A stretch of 64,000 nt of DNA from Octopus sinensis. Taxonomy: Eukaryota. Positions within the stretch are counted from its first letter, which is position 1, and every line of letters starts with the position of its first letter. The stretch lies in NCBI RefSeq assembly GCF_006345805.1, contig NC_043013.1:44454001-44518000 (forward strand). Reading direction: 5' to 3'. Position numbers and translations under genes: made by a program. The notes beneath the pieces are model-generated. The model saw only the letters and a list, made by a program, of their open reading frames with translations. It was not told the origin of the DNA and did not search any database. This document shows, piece by piece, positions 24,522-34,888 of the stretch.

Positions 24522-24602
24522 TTAAAGTATTTAAAAAGAAAAAAAAAACAAACATGCTTTGTATGTTTGCGCATATGTGAGACATGCCAAGTGAAAGGAT
24601 AC

Positions 24603-24770
24603 AAAGAAAAGCAGGACTTGGTGATGCCGTAGAGCTCCGATAAAGCCAATGATTGCAATGAGAAACAGGAAAACTCCACATGCTATGATACTACCAACCA
24701 ACGTCAAGCTGGTAACCACAGCAGATGCTCTTCCATAAGCTGCTACACCAATCAAAATGAATGCTACCAA
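24603..24770 (-). CDS. TSPAN13/31: Tetraspanin-13/31 orthologue, internal coding exon (TM1 end-TM2; 168 nt, phase 0/0)
   Basis: Translates LVAFILIGVAAYGRASAVVTSLTLVGSIIACGVFLFLIAIIGFIGALRHHQVLLFF; HHQVLLFF is characteristic of TSPAN13/31. Polypyrimidine tract plus CAG acceptor at 24771-24773; donor GTATCCTTT at 24594-24602 (minus). Confidence 0.95.
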
Positions 24771-25055
24771 CTGAAAAAGAAAACAGAAAAACAATATAGA
24801 GCCAATGCCAGAAAAGAGAAAGGTATCGTTAATCAAATCATGGCATTATCTATTTTACCATTTGTTGCTTGTTTTATTATTTTTCTTGCAATCATGAGAA
24901 TAACAATCCAACTACTAGGCAACGTACCTTTAACTCTTCTCATTAAGCAATGTAAAAGAAAGAAAAAAAAATATCTAAGGGCCACATTATCTACTGTAAC
25001 ATTCCTTTTTTAAAACAGTAAAGTATTATTTGAGGGATATTTCATTGCTGCTTAG

Positions 25056-25274
25056 CCCTTTAGTGTTCAGATTACTTTGTTAAATGTAATACTTTTTCCC
25101 CTCAAATTGTTTTGAATTAATCATACATTATCTTACAGCTTTGAAGTTTCAATGGTGTGATAGTTTATTCTTAGAATGCCAATGTAGGTTAGGTGTGAGG
25201 GGCCAGATATGGCCAGTTTGAATGTAAAACGTAGAATATTTGGGCCGGATATAGCCGGCTTAAACACCAAAGGG
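25056..25274. mobile_element. TTAA-flanked MITE (piggyBac-like)
   Basis: CCCTTT...AAAGGG ends with TTAG/TTAA flanks; very similar reverse-oriented copy at 61229-61440. Confidence 0.8.
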
Positions 25275-27002
25275 TTAATCTTACTAGATCAGCCTTGAAC
25301 CAGTAGAATATTGTCAAAGATATTCCAGTCGTGACCATCACATCTGATTTTTTTTTCTTTTCCATCAGTTAATTTAACTAGGAGTGTGAAAATGTGCAGG
25401 AGTATTTAACAGAACAAACGAATGAGGAAAAGAGTGATGGATGGTGTAATTAATTAATTAAAGTGTTAAGTGCTAACAGTTGTACTTTCCTAACTAAAAT
25501 AGCTCACCAAAGCGCTTTGCCAGTAATTAGAGAGAGAGGCATGAATAATTAGGTGGGGCTTCCACAAATGGTCCTACACTAGCAGTATGCTGTGTTGGAC
25601 GTGTTCTTCTGCTGTCGTTTGTAGGATGACATCATTCACAGTATGAATACTTCATACAAGAGAAATGGGGGAAAAAAATTGCTATTAACAAATAAACAGC
25701 ACCGCTGACACCACCACCACCACCACCAACTACTACTACTACTACAGTTACCACTTCCTGACTTCTTCACTGTTATGTAGGGGAAATAAATAAATGTCAA
25801 TATAATGGCAGAAGAAACTAATAGAAATATATTGGTTAGAAAGTGAGAAAGAGAAAGAAGAAATGAGAGAAAGAGAGAAAGGAGAGACAGAAAGTTAAAG
25901 GAAAGAAAAAGAAGAATCTTTTGGTGTCTTCTTGCTTGAACTCAAGTACTCAAAGACTCCTTTCTAAGTATTATTCATTGCCAGTTTTCAATTCAATCCT
26001 ATTGAATTTAGAATATAACCAACGTGTTCTTTTTTTTTAAACTGAAACAAAATATTATGCAAATAATAATAATGCATTTAGAAAAAAGATTTTTCTTTTT
26101 TTTTTTTTTGTTGCAGACTGAAAGAAAATATTTCTGAAGTGTTTTTCCTTTACCATTTTATTTTGATGAATATGATAAAAAAAATAAAAATAAAGAAAAA
26201 CCTTTAAAAGTAAAGAAAATCTAGTATCAATTTTATCTTTTGTTTACTTTTTTTTTTTGCAATTTCCAAAGTGAAATTTTATTTTCTCTTATAAAATACA
26301 AGAAGAAGGAAAAAGAAAAAAAAAAAAGAGGAAGCTTGATAACCTTATTTACTACACAAATGATGATGGTGTTGATGATAGAAATGTTGGTGATGGAGAT
26401 GGTTGTGACAATGGTGGTAATGGTTTTGATGGTGATGATAAAGCAGGATAACTGAACTTTAAAAAAAAAAAAATTAAGCTACATTCAATCAGAGAATTAG
26501 ATAAACCCCCTGACTCTGGATGATGCAATTCAAAGACATTTTGGAATTTAAAAAACAAAAACAAAACATAACAGCTGCAAACAAACATTACTTAAACAAA
26601 TTATAGCATTGAATAAAAGTACCTTGAGATATCAAATTCCATCCCTCCTTTATGCTATGAGTTCAGATCACACAGGTCTATGTTGACTTTCTTCCGCCCA
26701 AGGCCAACAGAACAAGTACCAATCCATAAAATAAACAGCGGATTATAAAAGTGGTGCTCCAGCATGGCCACTGTCCAGGGACTAAAACCAGTAACAGTGT
26801 AAAGAAATAACGGTACTTTATCTTGCGCATGTTCCAGTCATTGGACTGCAGCCATGGTGGGGCACCACCTTGAGGAGTTTAGTTGAACAAATCACCCCCA
26901 GTATGTATTTTTAAGTCTGGTATTAAACAGTCTGTCTCATTTATGAAACCGCTAGATACAGGGACATAAACAAACAAACACCAGTTATCAAGTGGTGGAG
27001 GG

Positions 27003-27193
27003 TGAATGTAAGAGGTTTGTTACCTCAAATATTGTATTTATAAAGAACAATGTGCTCGGGTAAACGGCAATCGGCGGGCGTTGCTTGTTGCCCTCATTAT
27101 TATCATATCGTTTATCATTTCATTTCATTATGCCTTCGTCCAGCCTACAGTTTCCTTTCCTTGTAAGGCCTTTATGGCCAATCTAATGAATAA
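27003..27193 (+). mobile_element. 191-bp insertion (probable 5'-truncated non-LTR retroelement end) splitting a family A SINE
   Basis: 13-bp TSD AAGTGGTGGAGGG at 26990-27002 and 27194-27206; ends in GAATAA(AA); CpG-rich. Confidence 0.75.
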
Positions 27194-28839
27194 AAGTGGT
27201 GGAGGGACACACACACACACACATATATATACACATCTGTACACACACACACACACACAATGGGCTTCCACACAGCTTCCATCAACCAAATTCCCTTATA
27301 AGGCATTGGTCAGCCCAGGGCTATAGTAGACGACACTTGCCTGAGATGTTATGCGGTAGGACTGAACTGCAAAACCTCTGGTTGCAAAAGTGAGTTTCTT
27401 AACCACACATCCATATCAAATAGTGAATCAAATAGCTATCAATGAAATACATGGCTCTTGCAAAAGTTCTTTGAATGCAATACTGCAGTAAGAATAGCTT
27501 GCTTATTCTTTGCTGGATTCTTTTTGACTTTCATAACATCCTGCAGCAGCTGAAATTTTTTTTACAGCTGTATTGTAGCTACAAGGTTCTTGTTTGATTT
27601 CAACTGTTATACTTAAATGAATGCGTTTTCACTGCTACGCCGCAGTCAAGAGCATCATATTGCAGTGTTCCCCCCCCACACCTTTCACTTTTATCTTACA
27701 AGCATTTCCTTATATATGTTCATATCGGTCACACTAGTATGAGAGTGACTGCAAAAGACAAGGACCTTGTAGTGGCTTGATCTGCCAGAAATAACAATCA
27801 AATCTTATTCAAACTACACCTTATCATGTAAAGAAAAAAAAACACCCCAAAAACTCCACATTGGATAATGTAGTTCTATGGTCATGGCTAGAATTTTTTT
27901 GATCATAGATCATACTTGATCAGGGCTGATCTGGGGCTAAACAAGATCGAGAGAAAAATTATATCTTATCTTTTATCTGTTTCAGTCACTGGACTTCAGC
28001 TATGGTGGAGCAGCACCTTGAGAAGTTTTTTGTTGAAAAAAATTGACCTCAGAAGTTTTTTTTAAAGTCGGACACTTATTTTATCAGTCTCTCTTACTGA
28101 ACTGCTATGTTACAGGGACATAAGCAAATCAACACCGGATTGTCAAGTTATGGTGGGGAGAACACACACATACACACACATACAATGGGCTTCTACACAC
28201 AGGTTAACCTAAAGCTATAAGAAAACACTTGCCCAAAATGCTGTGCAGTAGGACTGAACCCAAACCTACATGGTCGTAAAGCAAGATTCTTAATCACACA
28301 ACCATGCCTGCACCTATGTTACTAAAATTCGGTGACAGATATCCTAATTATTTAAGCTCCCTGATAAATAGCCATAACTTTTCTATTTCCAATTTATGAA
28401 ATATAGAATTTTTCTTTTCTTTTTGTTTTACTGTTTTAACTCACTTGGGAAATTTTACATTTTGGAAAAAAAGTTGTTTTTTTTTTCCAATAATTAGAAG
28501 TTCTTCCATTTTTACAGCTAATCATTAAACCATGTAGGACGAGTAAAACATGTCAGTCACAGTAAGATAAACTCTGTTACGTGTTGTTTCCTCCAGAGAG
28601 ATGAATGCAATGGCTGTCATTGTAAAATTCGAATGAACACACATTTGAACAATAGTGCAACACCTTAATCTCTCAAAGCAATCATGTAGACAAAAGTAGA
28701 TAATTTTGAAGTTAATTTCTACTCAAATTTTGTTTATAGTGCACAAACTGAAACACAATCTGGAAGATGTTGAAATTCATGTGATATTCGACCGTATGGT
28801 TTTGACTAAATAAACCTATTTCAGCTGGCAGAATTGGTA

Positions 28840-29071
28840 GGCGGAGAGCTGGCAGAAACGTTAGCACGCCGGGTAAAATGTGTAGCCGTATTTCGTCTGT
28901 CGCTACGTTCTGAGTTCAAGTTCCGCAGAGGTCGACTTTGCCTTTCATCCTTTCGGGGTCGATAAATTAAGTACCAGTTAGGCACTGGGGTCGATGTAAT
29001 CGACTTAATCCCTTTGTTTGTTCTTGTTTGTCCCCTCTATGTTTAGCCCCTTGTGGGTAGTAAAGAAATAA
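28840..29071 (+). mobile_element. Young SINE family B nested in the head of an older family B copy
   Basis: Intact CpGs; GAATTG(G/T)TA duplication at the junctions; the older copy resumes at ~29072. Confidence 0.85.
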
Positions 29072-29431
29072 GAATTGTTAGCACTCTGGAAAAAAATACT
29101 TAGCAGCATTTTGTCCATCTTTATGTTCTAAGTTCAAATTCTTCTGAGGTTGATTTTCCCTTTCATACTCCTGGGGTTGATAAAATAAGTAGTAGTCATG
29201 CACTGGGGGTGATGTAATTGACTTACTCACTTAAAATTGATGGCCTTATATCAAAATCTGAGGCCATTATTATTAAGGTGGTGAGCTAGCAGAAATGTTA
29301 AGATGCCAAATCATTTCTTCCAGCTTCCAGTTCAAATCCCAGTATGGTCAACTTTGGCTTTCATTCTTTTGGAATCAATAAACTAAGCAGCCTAGTATTG
29401 GGTTGATGTAATTAACTAACCCCATCCCAGT

Positions 29432-29496
29432 AAAATATGAAGCCAAAATATGGTGCCAAAATATGAAGCCAAAATATGGTGCCAAAATATGAAGCC
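29432..29496. repeat. 13-bp minisatellite x5 (alternating AAAATATGAAGCC / AAAATATGGTGCC)
   Basis: Read directly from the sequence. Confidence 0.9.
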
Positions 29497-29839
29497 ATTA
29501 TTTAATATTTGAGAGGAGTCAATATGAATAATTTTAGACTATTAACCTCATCTTCAGAGATGAATTACAAAAGTGCAGGCATGGCTCAAGTCACAGGTAT
29601 GGCTGGGTGGTTAAGAAGCTCTTAGTTTCAGTCCCACTGTGCAGCATTTTGAGCAAGGGTCTTTTACTATTGTCTCAAGTCAATCAATGCCTTGTGAAGA
29701 GAAATAACAGATGGAAACTGTATGAAAGCACCCAGGAATCTAGAATGTTGGCAAAGGAGCAGAAAATTTTAAACAATTTGAGAAATGGGAGAACTTGCAG
29801 GTTGTGTAATACACTTTTTTGTTTTGCTCTTCAGATTAT

Positions 29840-30480
29840 CTTGCAAATATTTTAGTGAGAAGGGGCTGTAAGCAGTGTTTGTTTGCTGGTGGTTTCAGGA
29901 TATAGCATTTGGTTGTGTGAGGAATGTGAAGGTACATGTCTAGAATTGTTCTGGTCACCTGTTTAGCTGTCTTGGGATGGATTCAAGCTGAAGCACTTTC
30001 AGTGTCGAGGATAATTGGCATAAATACTGGTAGGAAACAGAATCAATAACTGACATGAAGTACTTAATGATCTATGTGTGTGGTAGGAAGATGTGAATCG
30101 TCTTGATTCTGCAGAAGTCAAACATTCTCAGGGATCAAACAGTCGCTAAAGATGATGAATTCAAAGGTTACATGAAAAGAAACAGCTGTCCGTGATAAAA
30201 AAATGACAGAGATAGCTTAACAACTTGAGAAGTGTTCACAAAGTGGTAGAGTTTTAGTAGGTGAAGAGGGGAAAAGAGATTTGAGTCAGAGTAGATGGGA
30301 GTCTTTGTCGAAGATATGAGAATGGAAAAGTAAATGGTGTAGAGAGAGTAGTTTATATACATATATGCATAGAAACCCTTTTCAAGTGAAGTTGGACTAT
30401 AAAGTGCTGCTTGGGTATAGGTTGATAGAAATAGAGGAAAGACAGATTTGGGCTTCACAGGGGAACAAGATTGGTAGCTT
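29840..30480 (-). mobile_element. Decayed CR1-like LINE ORF2 fragment (EN-RT linker)
   Basis: Stop-ridden translation contains RTAVS..QNQDDSHLP..MPIIL..IHPKTAK..HCLQPLLTKIF, resembling the CR1-type linker (TAVS..DDS.LP..L.P.KA..L.P.L.KLF). Confidence 0.45.
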
Positions 30481-31078
30481 GAATTATTGCTTAGCTTGAG
30501 GTCAATTTTGATTTGAGCAGGTCTACAATCAAAAGGCATTCCATCCATGAACATCATATAATTTTAGTGACACCTAGGGATTACATTATACATGAAGTAT
30601 CTTTAAGATAGGAAGGTTTTAATTTGAGGGGAATTTGGCTGTTACTTCTAGTAGACTGATTAAACATGTAGACACCCTGTTGCTGGTTCATACTGAATCT
30701 GTCTCACAAGCTAGTATAGAGGTTTTCCTAGTGGTATGTTAGCAGGACACAATGGGTGAAATCCAGGTTAGACCAATGCTCACAAATGTTAGTGTAAAGG
30801 AGGGAGAATTGTACAGAAGACTGATGTTTTTCTGTTTTTCTTCCTTATTAACCCTTTAGGGTAAGGAATGAGAAACCAGATCTGGTTAGTCTGAACATAA
30901 AAAGGTAAAATATTTGGGCTGGATATGGCCAATTTAAATGCCAGTATAAATTATATCTTTTGACAAACTGCAACACTCTGCAAGGCATAGATGAAAGAAA
31001 TCTGTTGAAATATTTTCTAATCCTGAAACTGGGCTCCTGCTTGCAGCAGCACAAACTTTGTTAGAAACTTCAATATAA

Positions 31079-31443
31079 GGCGCAGGAGTGGCTGTGTGGT
31101 AAGTAGCTTGCTTACCAACCACATGGTTCCGGGTTCAGTCCCACTGCGTGGCACCTTGGGCAAGTGTCTTCTACTATAGCCTCGGGCCGACCAATGCCTT
31201 GTGAGTGGATTTGGTAGACGGAAATTGAAAGAAGCCCGTCGTATATATATGTATGCGTGTATGTTTGTGTATCTGTGTTTGTCCCCCTAGCATTGCTTGA
31301 CAACCGATGCTGGTGTGTCTATGTCCCCGTCACTTAGCGGTTCGGCAAAAGAGACCGATAGAATAAGTACTGGGCTTCCGAATCGACTAAAGGCGGTGCT
31401 CCAGCATGGCCGCAGTCAAATGACTGAAACAAGTAAAAGAGTA
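31079..31443 (+). mobile_element. SINE family A, young copy with a short internal deletion
   Basis: Intact head GGCGCAGGAGTGG; high identity to other family A copies. Confidence 0.9.
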
Positions 31444-32350
31444 TAAATTAAGCTTATATGTAAAGAAGTTCATGGGAAAACCTGTGACCCAAGATATGGC
31501 CTGAGAAAATGCAACAAAATAAATGAAAAAAAAGAAAAAGGAGTGAACGACAGTGTTTTAAATAAGCACCCTTGATAAATATACAAACATAAGGATAAGA
31601 AGAAGTTTGCATAGAAGAGAATTACAGGCAAGTCGTTGACCAAAACACACTTGAGAGTCTAAGAGATGTGTAAGAGATAATGTTGAGGGTGCTACATAAT
31701 GTGTCACCAGTAAAGATTGGATTTTGGTGAAGAACTACTGAAGTGCTTTAAAAATACTTGGTCACTTAAGTGAAAACAAGAACCAATAGTGAGAAAAGCA
31801 AAACAAATAAAAAAGTAAAATGCTTATAGAGCTGTCTATAGTGTGTAAATAACTAGAATAAACTTTCACATCTAATATTTTTATATGCACTAAGAAGGAA
31901 AAAAAAACACTACACATGTACACAGACACACAACAGGAGCCTTAATGTGGTCGTTTAACCTACTAGAAATAGCAGCAAAAGTGTCCTCAAATCCTGCTGT
32001 GCCATCCTATGAAAGTAAAGACATTGGATAATGTAGTCCTGGATAAATTTTCTCTGAAAATATAAGACAAGATGGTCATGGCCGGAATGCCTCTCTGATC
32101 ATAGGTTTGATCAATCAAGGTTGACATTGGACTCAACAACAAAATATACATTGTATTCTTGGACAGGCTTCAGCCTTCTGCAGTCATACTGATGCACATC
32201 GTGATATATATCTACCTCTATCTATATCAGACTCCGAAGTTACTGTCAACCTTTTCCTTGTAACAATTAATATGTACTCTACGAAAAAAGTACAGAGTAC
32301 TCCTTCAGTTCGATGTCAAATTATTTATATATAACTTGATGTGAAGGAAA

Positions 32351-32393
<43 letters not shown>

Positions 32394-32659
32394 GATAGAT
32401 AGATAAATAAATTCTTATTTTTTAATTCTTCTACTTGTTTCAGTTATTTGACTACGGCCATGATGGAGCACTGCCTTTAGTCGAACAAATCAACCCCAGG
32501 ACTTATTCTTTAGAAGCTTAGTACTTATTCTATTGGCCTCTTTTATCGAACCACTAAGATAAGGGGATGTAAACACACTAACATCGATTGTCAAGCGATG
32601 TTGGGGAGATAAACACACACACACAAATACATACATATATATGTATGATTCTTATTTTA

Positions 32660-32990
32660 GCTGACTGGCATAAGACCAGTTGGCACACATGCTCGCCTGG
32701 GTGCCTGATGCAACAACAAGCAATTCTCATTCTTCTCTGCTGAATCTTCTGAGTAACTTAGGGTAGATCTTGATGAAACTGCTCATTGGCTAACTGAGCT
32801 CTCCATGTAACATTCAAAGCCAGTCTTAACATTCTTGTGTAGCAGCTGCCTGTTTGTTAGTTATATAAGCACAGAGAAGATTTATAACTGATTGATTCAA
32901 GCAACATGAAACGTAGATTGAGACTGATCAGCTCACTGGATAAGAAGCAATTACAATACTGAACAAATGTTTACATTTGTTTCAACCTAT
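32660..32990 (-). mobile_element. Decayed RTE-type ORF2 fragment
   Basis: Translates SCYTRMLRLALNVTW...QDLP*VTQKIQQRRMRIACCCIRHP, matching RTE-like GCYTRMLR.ALN.SW...LP..S.KI..RRLR.AGH. Confidence 0.65.
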
Positions 32991-33358
32991 CCCACCCTTT
33001 ATCAATATTGATTCCTAATACTGGCACAAATCTACACATTCCAGGGTGGGTTCAGTCAATTATATCAACTCCAGTACAAGACTAGTGTTTCCTTTATTGA
33101 TCCTTGGTAAAATGTAGGACAACGTCTTCCATTAGAATACAAAAGAGTGTAGCTAAATAAGTAGATCTTCCACCAGCCAATGAATCAGCAACGATCAAAT
33201 CGCAGTAAACCAGGTTAAGACTGGAAAAGTTCAGTTGACAGTGTAGTCCTAGAAAGACTGTCTTAATAAAAGATGGAAGGGCCATGCACAAAGAGAACAA
33301 ATTTGGTTACAACTCAAATAGAAGTACCCACTCTAATTAAAGACAAGAAAAGATTTAA

Positions 33359-33579
33359 CCCTTTAGTGTTCATATTATTCTGCCAAAATTAATGCTTCTT
33401 TATCCACATTGTTTTGAACTAATCATGCATTATCTTGTAGCTATGAGATTTTGATGAGGTAGCTGTTAATTTTTAAAACGATATTGTAGGGTTGGTACGA
33501 GAGACCAGATCTGGCCAGTTTGAACATAAAACAGGCAGAATACTTTTGGCTGGATATAGCCGGTTTAAATGCTAAAAGA
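33359..33579. mobile_element. TTAA-flanked MITE (second subfamily)
   Basis: TTAA on both sides; near-identical to 44219-44439. Confidence 0.8.
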
Positions 33580-33983
33580 TTAAGGGCGAATTTATTCAAC
33601 TTACATAAAAATGTGAAGTTTCAAATTTTGGCACAAGGCCAGCAATTTTGGGAGGGACCCTGAAGGGATGAAAGGCAAAAATCAACCTCAGTGTAATTTG
33701 AACTCAGAACATAAAGATGGATGAAATGCTGCTAAGCATTTAACCCAACATGCTAATGATTCTGCCAGCTCACTGCCGCCTTTTCCTTTCCGATAAAATT
33801 AATTATTCTACTGAGTTGGACTGGGATAATTAAGCTGTCACTGGCTTCATATTTTTTTATGAGCAGACTTCAGTTTTTGAAGATCAATTATCTTCCCAAG
33901 TCTATAATATTTTTTTTTTTAATCTTTAAAGTAAATAAAGGAGTGACAGAAATAATAATGTTCTAGTCTAAATGTCCTAGAGA

Positions 33984-34036
<53 letters not shown>

Positions 34037-34888
34037 ACGTATATATAAAATGTTAAAATCCTACCAAGATGGATTTACCTTTCAACACACCCAGTTTGAT
34101 CAAATAAACACCATTCACTTAATGATTATATTTACTTGACTATATTTTTTCCCTCACACATTTTAAGTATAATGTCAAAGAGAGAAATCGTTGTTTCTTA
34201 CATATCAAGTGAATGTGGACCAAGTTGACATTATTAACTTATCAGAAGAAGGATCAGTGTTACATATTTTGACACCAAACTCTCAATGGCTAACTTCGCT
34301 CAGCTGTAAATAGGTCCCTTAAGATAATGCAGTATATCACTCTAGGCAGTGGGTTAATCTATAAGGGATTTCTGACATAGGCACACATAGCTGTGTGGTT
34401 AAGAAGTTCATTTGGCAACTACATGGTTTCATGTCCAGTCCCATTGTATACCACCATGGGTGTCTTCTACTATAGACTTGGACCAACCAATGCCTTCAGT
34501 GAATTTGGTAATTTAGGAGGTGGAAACTGCATGATGTAGAGAGTGGTGTGAAACAGAGAGACCTTGATGCACTTGCTCTGTTTGCAATATATTCTGCTGC
34601 CTTGCTCTATCATGCTCTCCAAAACAAAAATGAGTGGGTATATGTAAGATATTATACCACAAGGAATGCCTTTAATTTAATAAGGATGAAATTAATGAGC
34701 AAAGTTTTCACCCACTTTCTAACCATATAGTTCTAAGTTCAGTTCCACTGCATGGCACCTTGGGCAATTACCTTCTATTATAGTCCTGAGCCAATTATAG
34801 CCTGTCTACTAAATCCTGAGTGGATTTGTAGACTGAAAGATTATATATATATACACACACACAAACACATACATATATACAAGTGAGG

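Larger units (their letters stand above)
2960..24602 (-). other. U12-type (minor spliceosome) GT-AG intron, 21,643 nt
   Basis: 5' splice site GTATCCTTT matches the U12 consensus RTATCCTTT; branch site TTCCTTAAC at 2972-2980 lies about 12 nt from the CAG. Confidence 0.9.

Noticed and set aside
25509-25660. Possible exon ending at a TTG|GTGAG donor upstream of the tetraspanin exon
   Set aside because: The phase-0 frame has an upstream stop, no ATG and no similarity to the TSPAN13/31 N-terminus.
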